A stretch of 35,063 nucleotides of DNA from Candidatus Woesearchaeota archaeon (GTDB lineage Archaea; Nanobdellota; Nanobdellia; Woesearchaeales; GW2011-AR4), in contig JAZDMC010000052.1 of assembly GCA_043801325.1 (NCBI GenBank), positions 1-35,063 on the forward strand, in the 5' to 3' direction. Both the position numbers and the translations under genes were made by a program. Shown in pieces: positions 10,049 to 18,396 of the stretch (its first letter is position 1; every line of letters begins with the position of its first letter). The notes under the pieces were generated by a model that was not told where the DNA came from, made no database searches, and saw nothing but the letters and a program-made list of their open reading frames with translations.

Positions 10049-10279
10049 TTATTTTAGAGTTATTTCTTTCTTCCTGAAAATCATTGATAATCCTCCTAGA
10101 ATACTTCCAAGAGCTGCTCCATACTGCAATATAGTCTGAGAATTTCCTAAATCTATTGGTAAATTGCCTGTTAAGCTGAGAATTAACAAAACTCCTGCTA
10201 AAACAAAAATCAGTCCAAGAATATTTCCCAGTCCAAAGCTGCTTCCTGCTCCTGCATTAGCAACTTTAGGAATTTTCAT
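10049..10279 (-). CDS. Small two-helix membrane protein
   Basis: 76 aa with two hydrophobic helices. The LIFVLAGVLLILS motif resembles ILIILAGVLPFLS in ORF 11814-12170. Confidence 0.55.
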   Translation of the reverse strand: MKIPKVANAGAGSSFGLGNILGLIFVLAGVLLILSLTGNLPIDLGNSQTILQYGAALGSILGGLSMIFRKKEITLK

Positions 10280-10280
10280 T

Positions 10281-10409
10281 TTACAAGAATGGGATGGATA
10301 TTACGCCTTTTACTCCCAAGTAAACAAGAACAGCGCCTATTATAAATCCAATTACCAAACCCTTGAAAAAGTCTGCTGGGCTTATGAACATTGCTTTTTT
10401 ATTGAACAT
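10281..10409 (-). CDS. Micro-ORF: 42-aa single-TM peptide (below the ORF-track cutoff)
   Basis: Hand translation gives MFNKKAMFISPADFFKGLVIGFIIGAVLVYLGVKGVISIPFL. Its stop at 10281-10283 lies 1 nt from the next start (10279). It is a paralogue of the peptide at 10420-10554. Confidence 0.45.
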   Translation of the reverse strand: MFNKKAMFISPADFFKGLVIGFIIGAVLVYLGVKGVISIPFL

Positions 10410-10419
10410 TTTTAATCAG

Positions 10420-10554
10420 CTAAAAAGGAATCAAGGTTGTTGGAATTATGCCTTTTGCTACTAAAACGTATGCTAAAAATGCGCCGATTATGATGCCAAG
10501 AATAAACACCACTCCAGGATGCATCATAGTAAATAAAAATCCTTTTTTATTCAT
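10420..10554 (-). CDS. Micro-ORF: 44-aa single-TM peptide (below the ORF-track cutoff)
   Basis: Hand translation gives MNKKGFLFTMMHPGVVFILGIIIGAFLAYVLVAKGIIPTTLIPF. It shares NKK...G(I/F)IIGA(F/V)L(A/V)Y...KG(I/V)I...IPF with the adjacent micro-ORF. Confidence 0.45.
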   Translation of the reverse strand: MNKKGFLFTMMHPGVVFILGIIIGAFLAYVLVAKGIIPTTLIPF

Positions 10555-10701
10555 TTTATTACCTCTTTGATCTTATTTAGTTACATCTTTTGATTAACTT
10601 ATATTTAAATATTGCCTAAAGCTATATTACAAAAAGCTGTTTACTTCTTTATAATGGAAAAATTTATTAATAGGTATTGGGAAAGGTTAAGTTAGCTAGC
10701 T

Positions 10702-11811
10702 ATGGTGCTAATTATGGATAGAAAAAAGGTGTTTTTGTTATTGATTTTTTTAGTGTTTATGATAAGTTTATGCGCTGGCATTGTTCTTGCTGCGGATATG
10801 ACTATAAAAGAATTTATAGAAAACCTTGATTTTAAGCGAGCTTATGAAAACTATTACATGTTTATTGATACTGCATTCTATTTTCTCTTTTTCCTTAGTA
10901 TAGCCAAAGTAACTCTTGGCAGGCATTTTGAAGGAACTTCAGGAGGAAATGGTGTGGTTATAGCAGTAGGATTATCATTAACTGTGTCAGTAGCATACTG
11001 GGCGCAAAAGAATGGCTTTATGCTTGTGAATATATTCCCTATTGCTATGGCAATTATGGCGGCTTTAGCTATATTTTGGATTTGGAAGGCTATAAAGGGT
11101 GGAGAAATGCATGGTAGTTTACCAATAGTATTGATTATTACTGGTGTTGTATTGCTAGTGCTGTTTATTTTTCTCCGAGGAAGAATAGCTGGAAAGGGCC
11201 TCTTGTATTTATTCAGCTTCTTATTTTTTATAATAATTTGCATGCTAATAATATTTGGAGTTGGCGGAAGAAATAGATCAAATGTTACTGGGAATCCTTC
11301 TCCTAACAATGGACCTGAGATAAAGGAAGAAATAAGGGAAGAAGAAAAAGAGGTAGAAACAGAAGAGAAAGTAGATATAATGGAGCTTGTCGAAGAAAAA
11401 AAATTAAGCAGGGAATTAGGCAAGCTTATCAAAAAACTGGAAGACAATACTTCGAGCCAATCAACAAAAATTGTTATGGGAAAATACTTTCCAGATTTAT
11501 GGAGAAGGATGCTAAGGCTTTATCAGTTAGAGGTTAAGGAATTAAAGATTGAAAGTGTATCAGAAGAGAAGTTAAAGAAATTAAAAAGGTATATTCCAGG
11601 TAAAACAGGCAAGTATGCAGAATTAAGAAGCACAATAGAGAAAGAAAGAACAATATTAAATGCCATGAATAAATACAGAAAGAAGTTAGAGGTAGACCTG
11701 GCTAAAAGACCTGTGACTAATGAAGAAATAAGAATGGATTTAAAATATATAAAAAGATGTGTTGATTTTTTAATCCAAATAAATAAAAAAGAAATACGTG
11801 AATTAAAATAA
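10702..11811 (+). CDS. Hypothetical membrane protein with a charged coiled-coil C-terminal half
   Basis: Signal or TM segment plus about 5 TM helices, followed by an E/K-rich helical region (EIKEEIREEEKEVETEEK...). The antisense ORF 10878-11447 is a shadow. Confidence 0.6.
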   Translation: MVLIMDRKKVFLLLIFLVFMISLCAGIVLAADMTIKEFIENLDFKRAYENYYMFIDTAFYFLFFLSIAKVTLGRHFEGTSGGNGVVIAVGLSLTVSVAYWAQKNGFMLVNIFPIAMAIMAALAIFWIWKAIKGGEMHGSLPIVLIITGVVLLVLFIFLRGRIAGKGLLYLFSFLFFIIICMLIIFGVGGRNRSNVTGNPSPNNGPEIKEEIREEEKEVETEEKVDIMELVEEKKLSRELGKLIKKLEDNTSSQSTKIVMGKYFPDLWRRMLRLYQLEVKELKIESVSEEKLKKLKRYIPGKTGKYAELRSTIEKERTILNAMNKYRKKLEVDLAKRPVTNEEIRMDLKYIKRCVDFLIQINKKEIRELK

Positions 11812-11813
11812 AC

Positions 11814-12170
11814 TTATCCTAGGGCGACAAACCCATAAATCATTCCGATAATCCCGATTATGACTATTACCACAGAATATAATGGGCCTGATGTTGGGAT
11901 TATTGCTGGCATAAAGTTCTGGATGAACGGCAAAATTCCTCCAAGAATTGTCAATACTGCTATTGCTATTGTTACAAATTTCTCAGAGCCGAAAAGATAG
12001 CTGTTGAAAAATCCATACAACAATCCAATTATTCCTACTGCTATTATTATAAATTGGTAACCTGGTTTTTCTACTGGTATGCTGCTGGGTAAAATCCGCA
12101 TGTTTGAAAGAAAAGGCAATACTCCAGCCAGAATAATCAGAATTCCAATTATTGTAATCATTATTTTCAT
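11814..12170 (-). CDS. Four-helix membrane protein with an internal duplication
   Basis: The two halves align: IIGILIILAGVLPFLSNMRILPSSIPVEKPGYQFIIIAVGIIGLLYGF versus IAIAVLTILGGILPFIQNFMPAIIPTSGPLYSVVIVIIGIIGMIYGF. Confidence 0.6.
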   Translation of the reverse strand: MKIMITIIGILIILAGVLPFLSNMRILPSSIPVEKPGYQFIIIAVGIIGLLYGFFNSYLFGSEKFVTIAIAVLTILGGILPFIQNFMPAIIPTSGPLYSVVIVIIGIIGMIYGFVALG

Positions 12171-12271
12171 TTTATCTCTTTTTATTGGTTGGGGTATTTA
12201 AATTTTTTTATAAATCAAAAATGCGGCAATAAGCAAAAGATTTATATAAATCAGTATTCAAGGTTTTTTAA

Positions 12272-12784
12272 ATGAGAATCAGTTCAATCCAAACACCAGA
12301 ATCAGTCAGGCAGTTAGATGGTGATTTCTGGCGTGCTGTTAGGAAGTTGGCGAGGAGCAAAACAAAGTATTTTAGGAATAAAAACACAGAAAAAGTAGAG
12401 TCGCAAGAGGAAGTTCTAGACTTATTTCATTATTTAGAAGGTTTAATGAAGCAGATAACATTTAAGATTATAAATCATTCTGGAACTGTTGCTAAAGAGT
12501 TAGTAAACGAAGCTCTTGCAAACCCAGCAAAAGCGCAAGAAAATATGTCAAAATTGGCTAAGTTAGACCAAAGTTTAAAAGATTTGGAAGTTAACTCTGG
12601 AATTGGAAAGCAAATGTCAAATGCTGTAGGAAATTTTGCTAATGGCACACGAAGGCAGATTAATGCAACTATGAAAAATGCGCAATCTCAACTGGCATAT
12701 ACTGCAAAGATGAGGCAACAAGCGCAGAAAAACGCAAAACCTGCAGGTAAGTTAATACCCAGGTTTAGATTTGGCGGAGCCTAA
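12272..12784 (+). CDS. Hypothetical helical protein
   Basis: 170 aa, predicted alpha-helical and coiled-coil-like, basic C-terminus, no recognisable motif. Confidence 0.5.
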   Translation: MRISSIQTPESVRQLDGDFWRAVRKLARSKTKYFRNKNTEKVESQEEVLDLFHYLEGLMKQITFKIINHSGTVAKELVNEALANPAKAQENMSKLAKLDQSLKDLEVNSGIGKQMSNAVGNFANGTRRQINATMKNAQSQLAYTAKMRQQAQKNAKPAGKLIPRFRFGGA

Positions 12785-12793
12785 ATTCATAAA

Positions 12794-13504
12794 ATGCAAA
12801 TAAAACTTTCAAAAAAACCAAAAAACTGCAAGTTAATAGAGGGCTTTCCAGGTTTTGGTTTGGTTGGGACAATTGCATCTGAGTTTTTATTGGAACATCT
12901 AAAGTTTGAGAAGATTGGAAAGATAATTTTTGATGAAATGCCTGCAACTATTGCAATACATGAGGGCAAAGTTGTTGAGCCTTTAGGCATATTTTACAAC
13001 AAAAAATACAATTTGGTTTTATTGCATGCGATTACTGCATCGTCGGGAATGGAATGGAAACTTTCTGACATGGTTGCAGAACTGAGCAAACAGCTTGGCG
13101 CAAAAGAAATTATTTCCTTGGAAGGTGTTGGAAGCAACGAGGAAACAATTGCATCAAGAGTTTTCTTTTACTCTGATAACGAAAAAAATAAAGCTAAATT
13201 CAAAAAAATAAAAATTGAGCCCTTAAAAGAAGGAATCATTATTGGTGTTACAGGAGCTGTTTTAGTAAGGGCAGAAAAAATTCCTGTAAGCTGTATCTTT
13301 GCGGAGACTCATACAAGTTTGCCTGACAGCAAGGCAGCTGCAAAGATTATTGAAGTTCTGGATCAATATTTGGGATTAAACGTTGATTACAAGCCCTTAC
13401 TGGTGCAGGCAGAGAAATTTGAGAGTAAATTAAGGGGTTTATTGATGGAAGGCCAAAAAGCCCAACAGCTAAGTGAGAAGAAAAAGCTTAGTTATGTTGG
13501 ATAA
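12794..13504 (+). CDS. PAC2-family (proteasome assembly chaperone-like) protein
   Basis: The N-terminal signature LIEGFPGFGLVGTIASEFL and the approximately 236 aa length are typical of the archaeal PAC2 family. Confidence 0.75.
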   Translation: MQIKLSKKPKNCKLIEGFPGFGLVGTIASEFLLEHLKFEKIGKIIFDEMPATIAIHEGKVVEPLGIFYNKKYNLVLLHAITASSGMEWKLSDMVAELSKQLGAKEIISLEGVGSNEETIASRVFFYSDNEKNKAKFKKIKIEPLKEGIIIGVTGAVLVRAEKIPVSCIFAETHTSLPDSKAAAKIIEVLDQYLGLNVDYKPLLVQAEKFESKLRGLLMEGQKAQQLSEKKKLSYVG

Positions 13505-13979
13505 ATTAATAATTCTTAGGTGTATCATAAGTCTTAAAACGCTGAAATTTTGCTGTTTTAGAGCTTATAAAGTAAAAAACTATTCTTATTTTTATGGTGC
13601 CTAATAAGTCTCACTATTGATTTTTAGTATGTGTTATAGAGTTCTTTTTGGTTTATTTTTATTCTATTGATTATTATTTGTTTAATGCTTAATATGAACT
13701 CTCACTTTTGGATTTTTGTATTAATAATTTTCAATATAGAAATAATGTTAAAGTGAATATATTGTGGAAAATAGATTTTATAGTTATAGTTTTGTAAAAG
13801 TTATTTAGAACTATATATTACTTATCATGTATAATTTAATTATATTATCCTAAAAGAGATATTTTAGGCTATGTATAGATTTTCTTGATTTTTATTGGTT
13901 ATGATTAAAAGTTTTAAGAAATAATTGTCTATTATTGACAAAAAACAGAAGAAAACATATTAAATTTTCAGAAAAAATA

Positions 13980-14363
13980 ATGAAAAAAATTAAAAACAAT
14001 GAAGATTTAATGGAAAAAATGAAGAAAATAATTGCTTTAATGTTTGTAATTCTTATGTTTTTAGTTGGCTGTAAGCCTGAAAATACTGATGACAATATTA
14101 TAGGTGAAAATGATCAAAAAGATGGCGTAAATGAAGAAAAAACAGGTTTTGAAGGCATTACAAAGCAGCAATGTATGGATTCTTATGGCAATTGGAATGA
14201 ATGCGGTAGTCCTTGCGCTGGCACTGGAGCTGAGATGTGTGCTCAGGTTTGCCGGGTGCAGTGTGAATGCAGCGGAATAGCCGGATTTGGCTGTCCAGAA
14301 GGCTATAAATGCCGCTTAACAGGTAAAATTGCCGACGAGATGGGAGTTTGTGTTAAGGGATAG
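13980..14363 (+). CDS. Cysteine-rich putative lipoprotein
   Basis: Lipobox-like signal peptide MKKIIALMFVILMFLVGC. An alternative start at 14019 gives a cleaner signal peptide; the track start at 13935 is TTG. The C-terminal module has ten Cys: C-x9-C-x3-C-x7-C-x3-C-x3-C-x-C-x7-C-x5-C-x12-C. Confidence 0.6.
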   Translation: MKKIKNNEDLMEKMKKIIALMFVILMFLVGCKPENTDDNIIGENDQKDGVNEEKTGFEGITKQQCMDSYGNWNECGSPCAGTGAEMCAQVCRVQCECSGIAGFGCPEGYKCRLTGKIADEMGVCVKG

Positions 14364-14370
14364 ATTAATT

Positions 14371-14961
14371 TTATTTTCCAGCTGTAGAAGGTGCATAAGC
14401 GTCTGCAAGCCAAAGCTCAATGTCATGATTTTTTGAACTCATAACAGTTGCAGTAAGCAATCCCCATTCTCTAGGGTCATACCTGCGCTTAGTCATTTCA
14501 ATGCCTGTTTGTTCTTTTAGATTGTCAAAAACCTTGTTCAATACACTATCCTTGGAGGGATCTAAGTATCTCTTTATGTCAGCTATAATAGAACGGTTGT
14601 ATGAAGATGGATCCTCTATATGAGGATTGCCAGTGTAATCTGCTAGTATAGATAATCCAAAAATAGGATTTGGTATGGCCAGCCTGACATTGGTTAATAA
14701 AGGGTTGTTATCCAGTGTTTTTACTAATCTATAAACATCTTTAGGGTTAAAACCTTCTTTAATGAGTGTGTCATCAATTGTTTGTTTAGCTATAACTCCA
14801 TAAGTTGTTGCCATAGTGGAAAAGAAGGTAATGGTTTTTGTTTTAAAAATGTTGCTACTTTGAGCTAGGAGAGCCTTTATTTCCTTCATAAAGCCCTGCA
14901 ACACTCTGCATTGTCCATCTTGATTTTCTTTGCAGCCTGGCAATATTGGCATTCTCGTCAA
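14371..14961 (-). CDS. Hypothetical protein; start uncertain
   Basis: The TTG start in the track overlaps the IMPDH-like gene by 107 nt. In-frame ATGs at 14889 and 14814 give a 35-nt overlap and no overlap respectively. No recognisable motif. Confidence 0.45.
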   Translation of the reverse strand: MTRMPILPGCKENQDGQCRVLQGFMKEIKALLAQSSNIFKTKTITFFSTMATTYGVIAKQTIDDTLIKEGFNPKDVYRLVKTLDNNPLLTNVRLAIPNPIFGLSILADYTGNPHIEDPSSYNRSIIADIKRYLDPSKDSVLNKVFDNLKEQTGIEMTKRRYDPREWGLLTATVMSSKNHDIELWLADAYAPSTAGK

Positions 14962-16183
14962 TTTCTGGATTTCTGCTGTTGCCTGAATAGCTGATACCCG
15001 ATTGTATGCCTGTAATTAGTTGCGCAAGGGTTACATAGGTGTCTCCGCCGTAATGCAAATACACTGTTCTACCTTCCGGAGTATCAAAACTTCCACGTCC
15101 TTGTTTATGTTTGCTGTATTCAGATGCACTGCCAGAATATCTAATAAGAACGGGCTCTTTATTTTTATCTTTCTTTACAACTCTTGATTTGAAATTATTG
15201 CTCAAGTTAGTTGCTGCTAATAACCTGCCAATCATTACTGTATCAGCTCCTGCTGCAAGTGCTTTTACTAGGTCTCCTGAGGTTCTTATGCCGCCGTCAG
15301 CCATTACTTTAACACCATACTTTTTAGCAACCAAGGAGGTTTCATAAATTGCTTTTATTTCTGGTACACCATAACCTGTAATAAGCCTTGTGGTACATGC
15401 AGCACCAGAACCGACATTGACTTTAATAACATCAGCACCTGCCTGGCATAATTCATATGCGCCTTTTGGCGCTGCTACATTACCAGCTATTACTGGAATT
15501 TCAGAATCTATACTCTTTAATTGATCAATTAAGCGTATCATTTGGTCGGAATGGCCATGGGCTATATCCACAACAAGGATATCAACTCCGGCATCAATAA
15601 GCCTCCTTACTCTTTCTTCAGTTCCATTATGGATACCAATAGCTGCTCCAACAAGGTAGGAATTATCTTGTGCTAAAGATGGAGTGTATTCTCTTCCGTC
15701 AATATTAATTTTTTTTATAGGAGCTATTTTAACAGAATGTACCTTGTCTGCTTGCCTTTTTGCAGTGTAAAACTGGTGTATTATGCCTAAACCCCCCATT
15801 TGCGCCATAGCAATAGCCATGCTGGGCCCAGTAACATCTTCCATGTTTGCTGAAACTATCGGCATAGGTAATGTTATATCCTTAGTTAAGTATGTAGTTG
15901 TGTCTGCATCCTGCCTTGAAGCCAATGCCCTATATGGAGAACCAGCAATATCATCAAATGTCAACGCCATATGCTCATTCATAGATGCCAGATGCACCAG
16001 CTGTCCAATAAGAAATCCTCCTCTTGCAGTAGCTCTTTTTTGCTGCTGGGATTCTAAGTATAATTCATTATTTGTAAAGTTTCTTGTGAATACATTACCT
16101 CTTGTGAGCCCTAATGTCTTCTGATCCTCTTCAAAAATTTCCCAGATTATGTCATCAATATGCTTTTCTTTCTTCTTCCACAT
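14855..16183 (-). CDS. IMP dehydrogenase/GMP reductase family protein, lacking the CBS subdomain
   Basis: [29 protein letters not shown], catalytic-loop [16 protein letters not shown] and VMIGRLLA follow the IMPDH TIM-barrel order. There is only a short linker where the CBS pair normally sits. An N-terminal extension of about 70 aa precedes the LTFDD motif. Confidence 0.85.
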   Translation of the reverse strand: MWKKKEKHIDDIIWEIFEEDQKTLGLTRGNVFTRNFTNNELYLESQQQKRATARGGFLIGQLVHLASMNEHMALTFDDIAGSPYRALASRQDADTTTYLTKDITLPMPIVSANMEDVTGPSMAIAMAQMGGLGIIHQFYTAKRQADKVHSVKIAPIKKINIDGREYTPSLAQDNSYLVGAAIGIHNGTEERVRRLIDAGVDILVVDIAHGHSDQMIRLIDQLKSIDSEIPVIAGNVAAPKGAYELCQAGADVIKVNVGSGAACTTRLITGYGVPEIKAIYETSLVAKKYGVKVMADGGIRTSGDLVKALAAGADTVMIGRLLAATNLSNNFKSRVVKKDKNKEPVLIRYSGSASEYSKHKQGRGSFDTPEGRTVYLHYGGDTYVTLAQLITGIQSGISYSGNSRNPEIDENANIARLQRKSRWTMQSVAGLYEGNKGSPSSK

Positions 16184-16515
16184 TAAGTTAACTAATAGGG
16201 ATCTTTTTTTAAATATTACTACAAAAACAATAACGTTTAAAAAATCCTCAAAGAATCTCCTTAATAAAGTTAGTTACAATTTTTTTTGGTGTGGTTTAAT
16301 GGAGCATAGTCTTGAAGAAAGAGTTTTACTGCCTGAAAAAGCAGGAGCAGGGGGATGATATCAATGAATTCAGGAATGGATTGAAGGAGTATTCTAATGG
16401 ATTAAAGAAAGTAGGTTATGTAATACGCCATGGAACTAAAATATTGTCATCCCATGGAAAATGATGTGGATTATGCAACAGAATTATTGACAAGATTAGG
16501 AGTTGTTGTTAAGAA

Positions 16516-16860
16516 TTACGCTTGATTTTGTTTACAATAAATATACGCAACCTCACCTTTAGGTGATTTGTATTGGCTTTCTGCTCTCAGTAAACTGATA
16601 TTGTCCCTTTCCATATTTCTTGCAGCGCGTATTAAATCTTTTTCGAATATTTCCATATCACCTTCTTTTTTGAGATCATATATATGTAAGAAGTAGTGAT
16701 TAGTGTTTATTTGTGATGTTAACTTAATGCCCATTTCTGTTGTTGTCTCTCGAAATCCATTAACAATAGAATCTTCTAATTTATCTTTGATATCTGTTTT
16801 CAGAATTTCTGTTCCTATTTGTCCAAGTTCGCTTAATGCTGCTTTTTCAGGCATTTTCAA
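16516..16860 (-). CDS. Hypothetical protein
   Basis: 114-aa ORF downstream of the integrase on the same strand. No recognisable motif. Confidence 0.45.
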   Translation of the reverse strand: MKMPEKAALSELGQIGTEILKTDIKDKLEDSIVNGFRETTTEMGIKLTSQINTNHYFLHIYDLKKEGDMEIFEKDLIRAARNMERDNISLLRAESQYKSPKGEVAYIYCKQNQA

Positions 16861-16935
16861 CTAGGAAGTGATGAAGAAGTTTTAATGATTTTGGTTCAAA
16901 AAATAAATTAGAGGTTACTGATTTTAACTCAAAGA

Positions 16936-17556
16936 TTACCCAAATACATCCCCTACTTTCTTCTTTAATTCATCATCCATTTCAGAGATGCTTTTAGTTC
17001 CATATAAGTCCATAGTTGTTTTGTAGGAAAGATGTCCTAAGACCTTTTGGACTACTTCTAGGCTTAACCCGCGATCTTTGAGGATTCTGGCACAGCTATG
17101 CCTTAAGATATGGGGGTTGATGTTTTTAAGCTCAGGAATAGGGTTATGTAGATGAGCCATATGGCCTGCTTTGGCTACAATTCTATTGATTTCAGTAGGT
17201 GATATATAGCCTTTTTTGTTAAGGTTAGAAACAGCAGGGAAAAGATAGCCTTGTTTTGGGCTGTTTAGGACATACCTAAGGTATACCTTAAGGTCTTCAA
17301 GAAGTTGGTCTGAAAATATTGTTGCTAAACGTTCAATGTTCTTTTTGCCAAGAATGTTGATTTTTCTAGTTTCAATGTTAAGGTCTTCTATTTTGATTTT
17401 GGCTAATTCAAAACGTCTTAAGCCGCAATATGCCAGGAGTTTGATAATTAGTTTATCCCTTAGCTTTTCAGCGCTTTTGATTAAAAGCTTGATTTGATCT
17501 TCTGTTAAATGGAACTGGCTTCTTGTGTGGCCTTTTTTCTTTGGTGGTGGATTCAT
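16936..17556 (-). CDS. Tyrosine recombinase/integrase (short form)
   Basis: The catalytic signature appears in order: Arg in AYCGLRRFEL, H-x-x-R in HILRHSCA, and His plus the Tyr nucleophile in LGHLSYKTTMDLY. At 206 aa it is essentially the catalytic domain with a minimal N-terminal arm. Confidence 0.9.
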   Translation of the reverse strand: MNPPPKKKGHTRSQFHLTEDQIKLLIKSAEKLRDKLIIKLLAYCGLRRFELAKIKIEDLNIETRKINILGKKNIERLATIFSDQLLEDLKVYLRYVLNSPKQGYLFPAVSNLNKKGYISPTEINRIVAKAGHMAHLHNPIPELKNINPHILRHSCARILKDRGLSLEVVQKVLGHLSYKTTMDLYGTKSISEMDDELKKKVGDVFG

Positions 17557-17569
17557 ACAAGGTAAATAT

Positions 17570-17592
17570 GTAACAGATTATTTAAATGTTAC
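17570..17592 (-). promoter_or_regulatory. Inverted repeat GTAACA-N11-TGTTAC enclosing a TTTAAA box upstream of the integrase
   Basis: The perfect 6-bp arms are at 17570-17575 and 17587-17592. The spacer GATTATTTAAA carries a TATA-like box 25-30 nt from the integrase ATG (17556). TGTTACGTTTT recurs exactly at 17639-17649. Confidence 0.4.
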
Positions 17593-17720
17593 GTTTTTAG
17601 TATGTTTTGTGGGGTATTTTGTAATGATTTGTATAAAGTGTTACGTTTTAAAGAATGAGGTGTTTTGAAGGCGTTTAAGGATAGGAAAATACTTGGAGGT
17701 CTTTTTGTATAAGGTGTAGG

Positions 17721-18272
17721 TTAAATAAACGCAGGTGCTTGTTGTAAAACTGGAATGGTTTTTGGAGAACGTTCTTTAACCTTTTTACGTTTACCACCAT
17801 TATCCCCCTTTTCCTTAACAGGGCCTGCTGAAAGAATGTAAAGCAATTCTTTTGTTGAACCTTTATAATCCCAATCTAGCCTAATAAGTCTTGTAACAAG
17901 ATAGCATCCATCTTTTTGAGTAGGGGGGTGGTAATTTTGTTTTATCCTGTTTACTAACTCTTCACTAAGATTGACATCTGCAATAAGCTCGCCAAGTACC
18001 TGTTCACCTTGATATGATTTACGACCTGTAACAACAGTTTCTAATCTAGAGGAGTATAAAGAGGGGGAAGGATAACTTCTTATTTCACCACTTCTTGCAT
18101 CTTCTTGTGCGTATCCCATTAAAATTTGATGAGTAGGAATAAAGAGAGAATCCATAGCCACAAGGCTCAAACAAAGAAGACCAGGTGTACGCTGTTCTTC
18201 TGTTCTTACATGATACGCTTCCATAACATAGTACAGGATATAGGCAGAATTTAAATATTTAATTAATTGCAC
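17721..18272 (-). CDS. Hypothetical protein
   Basis: 183-aa ORF. A likely later start is MEAYHVRT. The C-terminus is basic (KGDNGGKRKKVKER). No recognisable motif. Confidence 0.4.
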   Translation of the reverse strand: MQLIKYLNSAYILYYVMEAYHVRTEEQRTPGLLCLSLVAMDSLFIPTHQILMGYAQEDARSGEIRSYPSPSLYSSRLETVVTGRKSYQGEQVLGELIADVNLSEELVNRIKQNYHPPTQKDGCYLVTRLIRLDWDYKGSTKELLYILSAGPVKEKGDNGGKRKKVKERSPKTIPVLQQAPAFI

Positions 18273-18396
18273 ATTAATAAATTATTTTCCATATTGAAAT
18301 TAATCTATTAAAAACGCTTAAAAGATTTAAGCAATAACTAAAATGTATTAGAATAATTAAGCTTAAAAGTTTTAATAAAAAATTAAAAGTTTTAAG

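Noticed and set aside
14855-14961. Frameshift fusing the IMPDH-like gene to the downstream 196-aa ORF
   Set aside because: The IMPDH frame already covers the ENA.(I/F).R(I/L) region near the normal C-terminus. The alternative frame ([11 protein letters not shown]) only weakly resembles the AG..ESH motif and uses the same nucleotides. In-frame ATG starts at 14889 and 14814 explain the overlap more simply.
16149-16358. 69-aa + strand ORF as a real gene
   Set aside because: Its first half overlaps the IMPDH-like start region antisense and is low-complexity. Only its last 17 codons look protein-like; these are treated under the possible decayed gene at 16309-16525.
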